Assembly (NCBI GenBank): GCA_012839925.1
Contig: DUMJ01000083.1
Location: 3,116-67,115, forward strand
Origin: a bacterium
Lineage (GTDB): Bacteria > DUMJ01
Direction: 5' to 3'
Length of the DNA stretch: 64,000 bases
Under the pieces are notes generated by a model that saw only the letters and a program-made list of their open reading frames with translations, had not been told where the DNA came from and did no database searches. The translations under genes were made by a program, and so were the position numbers. Below, one piece after another: positions 61,390 through 64,000 of this stretch. Within the stretch, counting starts at the first letter, position 1, and every line of letters begins with the position of its first letter.

Positions 61390-62829
61390 CTACCTCACCC
61401 CCACCCTGACATTTCTAAATCTTGCTGGAGCAGTCCCATGTCCAACATGAGCTATCTGTCCTGGCTGTCCCTTACCACAGTTTGGAACACCCCATATCTT
61501 CCACTCACCAGGACCACATACCGCATCCAAAGAACTCCAGAACTCTGGAGTAATACCGGTATAATTCGGATTCTTTAATATCCCCATCAACTTTCCATTC
61601 TTAATCTCCCATGCAATCTCTAATCCAAACTGAAAATTTAACCTCCTATCATCTATAGACCAGCTCTTGTTTGTACTCATAAATATCCCATCTTCCGTGT
61701 CCCTTATAAGATCTTCCAGTGTACCTTCTCCAGATTCCAGATTTATATTGGTCATCCTGATAAGAGGAATATTCCCCCAACCATCAGCCCTGCAAGTGCC
61801 ATTGGAAGTTTCACCCAAAATATAAGCGGTCTCTCTATTGGTCAGAAAATTCTGAAGTACACCTTCCCTAATAACCTCTATCCTCTGCGCCGGGACCCCT
61901 TCATCATCGTACCCAAAAGAACCTAAGCCACCTGGCAGGGTTGCATCTGCTGAAACATTCATAATCTTAGATCCATATTTCAGTTTACCCCTATCTCCAA
62001 TTGAGATAAAGCTGGTGCCAGCATAACTTGCTTCCATTCCAAGGATTCTATCCAACTCTATCGGGTGACCAATGGACTCATGTACCTGTAAAGCAACCTG
62101 AGACCCATCCAGTATTAATGTTGTGGTAATGGATGGACACTGGGGTGCATCCAGCAGGGCTGAGGCCTCCTCGGCAACCCTCTGGGCATTATTTAACAGG
62201 TCCATCTCTTCGATAAGCTCATATCCTCTGGTTTCATACTGCCCGCCAAAAGAGTTAGGATAACTTCTGCGCTGGAGCTCACCTTCTCCAATAGCATACG
62301 CAGATATGCCTCCACCACTCTCTATTATATGCTGAAGAATTTCTGTCCCTTCACTGTTTACAAATAGCTTCTCAGTCTCCCAAAAATCCATACTACCCTC
62401 AGCTATCTTTACATCTCTTATCTTACCCATAATTTTTGCCGATTCAATAAGTAGACTTACCTTTTTATCCAAGGAGACATCAAACGGATTTATCTTAACA
62501 TTATTACTCCATGTTGCTATTATCTTAGGAGCTGGAGATAAAATAACATCTTCCTTTTTAGCCAGACTACTTGCTTTGGCAACCTGAATAGCTCTTTTAG
62601 CAGATTCCAATATCTTATCTCTCTGTAGGTCAGATGTTCCAGCAAAACCCCAGGCTCCATTAACAATAACTCTTATACCTATCCCCTCTTCTGTATGGTC
62701 AATCAGAGATTCCACCGACTCATTCTTTACATTTATACCCTGATACCTCCTCCTTAGTACCCTTACCTCGCAAAAAGAAGCTCCACTCCCCATAGCTATA
62801 TCTAATGCCTCATGGGCAATATCTTTCAT
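61390..62829 (-). CDS. tldD: TldD family metalloprotease
   Basis: GIRV...GAWGFA, HESIGHPIE.DR, DDEGV, RMTN, CGKGQP.Q. Confidence 0.92.
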   Translation of the reverse strand: MKDIAHEALDIAMGSGASFCEVRVLRRRYQGINVKNESVESLIDHTEEGIGIRVIVNGAWGFAGTSDLQRDKILESAKRAIQVAKASSLAKKEDVILSPAPKIIATWSNNVKINPFDVSLDKKVSLLIESAKIMGKIRDVKIAEGSMDFWETEKLFVNSEGTEILQHIIESGGGISAYAIGEGELQRRSYPNSFGGQYETRGYELIEEMDLLNNAQRVAEEASALLDAPQCPSITTTLILDGSQVALQVHESIGHPIELDRILGMEASYAGTSFISIGDRGKLKYGSKIMNVSADATLPGGLGSFGYDDEGVPAQRIEVIREGVLQNFLTNRETAYILGETSNGTCRADGWGNIPLIRMTNINLESGEGTLEDLIRDTEDGIFMSTNKSWSIDDRRLNFQFGLEIAWEIKNGKLMGILKNPNYTGITPEFWSSLDAVCGPGEWKIWGVPNCGKGQPGQIAHVGHGTAPARFRNVRVGVR

Positions 62830-62844
62830 ATCATCTTCTCCTAC

Positions 62845-63615
62845 CTATAATGTTTTAATAAACCAGTCTGAGACAAGACCTAATACTTCTTTTTCCCAGG
62901 GAACTGAGTTAAAGGTATGGTCTGCACCATCTATAACTTTCAGTCTGGTCTCCACTGCCCTGCCTTTAAGTGCTTCATAATATTTATACGCAGCAGCTAC
63001 AGGAACCACATTATCACCTGATCCGTGTATTATAAATACCGGTCCTTTAAAATCTTTAATCATCTCTACCGGCCGTATATCATTGAGTTCCCCTATAAAT
63101 CCCAGTCCTAATTGCCATCCACCATAATCTACAAAACCTTCCGCCCTTAATTTATCTTCCGGATACTGAGTTCTAAAACCCTCAGCAAGAGAAGATAATT
63201 CTGCAACTGCAGACAAAAGTACAGTAGATTTTATATCTTCTCTTTTACCAGAGACATAACTGGCAATACCTCCCCCCATACTTAAACCCAATACCCCTAT
63301 CCTGGAAGGATCCACACATTCTTGCTCTCTCAAAAAATCCACTGCGACAAGGGCATCTTCAACTTCTCCGGAGAATGTCATCTCAATAAATTCTCCCTCA
63401 CTATCACCTGAGCCATAAAAGTCAAATCTCAATACATTTATTCCAATAGAGGCTAATTTCCTCGCAATCTTAACAAATAAGCGATGAGGCTCAATCTTAT
63501 TCCCCGTAAAACCATGAAAGAGTACAACACCTGGTTTTCTTTCCCCATCATCTACACTATGAAGGATACCAACTAACCTGTGCCCTTCTTTTCCAAAAAC
63601 AACAGGGATTTCCAT
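62845..63615 (-). CDS. Alpha/beta hydrolase (esterase/peptidase S9-like)
   Basis: HGFTG, RFDF.GSGDS, GLSMGG, HGSGD, GADHTF. Confidence 0.9.
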   Translation of the reverse strand: MEIPVVFGKEGHRLVGILHSVDDGERKPGVVLFHGFTGNKIEPHRLFVKIARKLASIGINVLRFDFYGSGDSEGEFIEMTFSGEVEDALVAVDFLREQECVDPSRIGVLGLSMGGGIASYVSGKREDIKSTVLLSAVAELSSLAEGFRTQYPEDKLRAEGFVDYGGWQLGLGFIGELNDIRPVEMIKDFKGPVFIIHGSGDNVVPVAAAYKYYEALKGRAVETRLKVIDGADHTFNSVPWEKEVLGLVSDWFIKTL

Positions 63616-63706
63616 ACAGTATCATCTCCCTTTTGATTAATTTTACTATAGGATAACACAAAAAAAGAAAAGAATGCAAATAGAAAAAGAAATTACTGAT
63701 AAAAAC

Positions 63707-63736
63707 AGGGAGCTGAGTTTTATAAACCAGCCCCCG
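63707..63736 (-). terminator. Imperfect hairpin after hcp
   Basis: GGGAGCTG...CAGCCCCC, followed on the - strand by a T run. Confidence 0.5.
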
Positions 63737-63751
63737 CAGAATTAATCCAAC

Positions 63752-64000
63752 CTATGAAAAAATATTTTTTATATCTTCCTCTGGCTCTGTGATCAATCTG
63801 AGATCATACTCTGATCTGAGAACATTTAGGATATCATCATTGACCCAGGCAGGAAGTATGGGTCCTATATATATACTCTTAATACCAAGGGCAAGCAGGC
63901 TCCACAGAATAGCCACCGCTTTTTGCTCCATCCAGCTGAGAACCAGCGTAAGGGGGAGATCATTTACTCCAACCCCAAAAAGCTCACTCAATGCCTGGGC
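63752..64000 (-). CDS. hcp: Hydroxylamine reductase (hybrid cluster protein), C-terminal part
   Basis: VNDLPL...[26 protein letters not shown]; open to the window edge. Confidence 0.88.
   Translation of the reverse strand, partial: AQALSELFGVGVNDLPLTLVLSWMEQKAVAILWSLLALGIKSIYIGPILPAWVNDDILNVLRSEYDLRLITEPEEDIKNIFS

Noticed and set aside
60079-62829. TldD/TldE as the leader peptidase for the SCIFF peptide
   Set aside because: About 10 kb away, on the opposite strand, in a housekeeping-like operon; no sequence evidence of a link.

Overview
AT-rich (roughly 35-40% GC by eye), gene-dense bacterial chromosome segment. Secreted periplasm-type binding proteins, a beta-barrel-like protein, Hcp and Fe-S/radical SAM enzymes suggest an anaerobic, probably diderm, sugar-degrading organism (inference). 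From left to right it holds: a sulfatase-family cluster with a family-5 ABC binding protein and IclR/GntR regulators; an OmpR two-component pair between two apparently co-regulated genes; tRNA-Lys/tRNA-Glu; spoIID-queA-tgt-yajC plus an O-antigen-ligase-like gene; a sugar isomerase-oxidoreductase-ilvC-murT operon; an aspartate-family amino acid operon; a GH5 operon; an NYN/LabA nuclease; eno-pyk-divIC-S1; a frameshifted site-2 protease; a GH78 rhamnosidase; phoU; a SCIFF/ranthipeptide operon; tRNA-Leu; a TamH-like transaminase-reductase fusion; tal-livF-tldE-tldD-hydrolase; and the 3' end of hcp. I saw no integrase, transposase, rRNA or CRISPR array. The best unexplained signals are: (1) a ~90-nt transcription unit with a consensus promoter, four phased AAUGG motifs and an intrinsic terminator, converging on the NYN ribonuclease gene; (2) a 33-bp element conserved just upstream of the -35 box of three carbon-metabolism promoters; (3) the fatty-amine-type fusion enzyme divergent from a GT2; (4) a five-Cys SCIFF precursor; (5) two Thr-nucleophile 'sulfatases'; (6) matching four-box 11-bp arrays upstream of both genes flanking the two-component system. 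All calls come from reading motifs by eye; no database searches were run.
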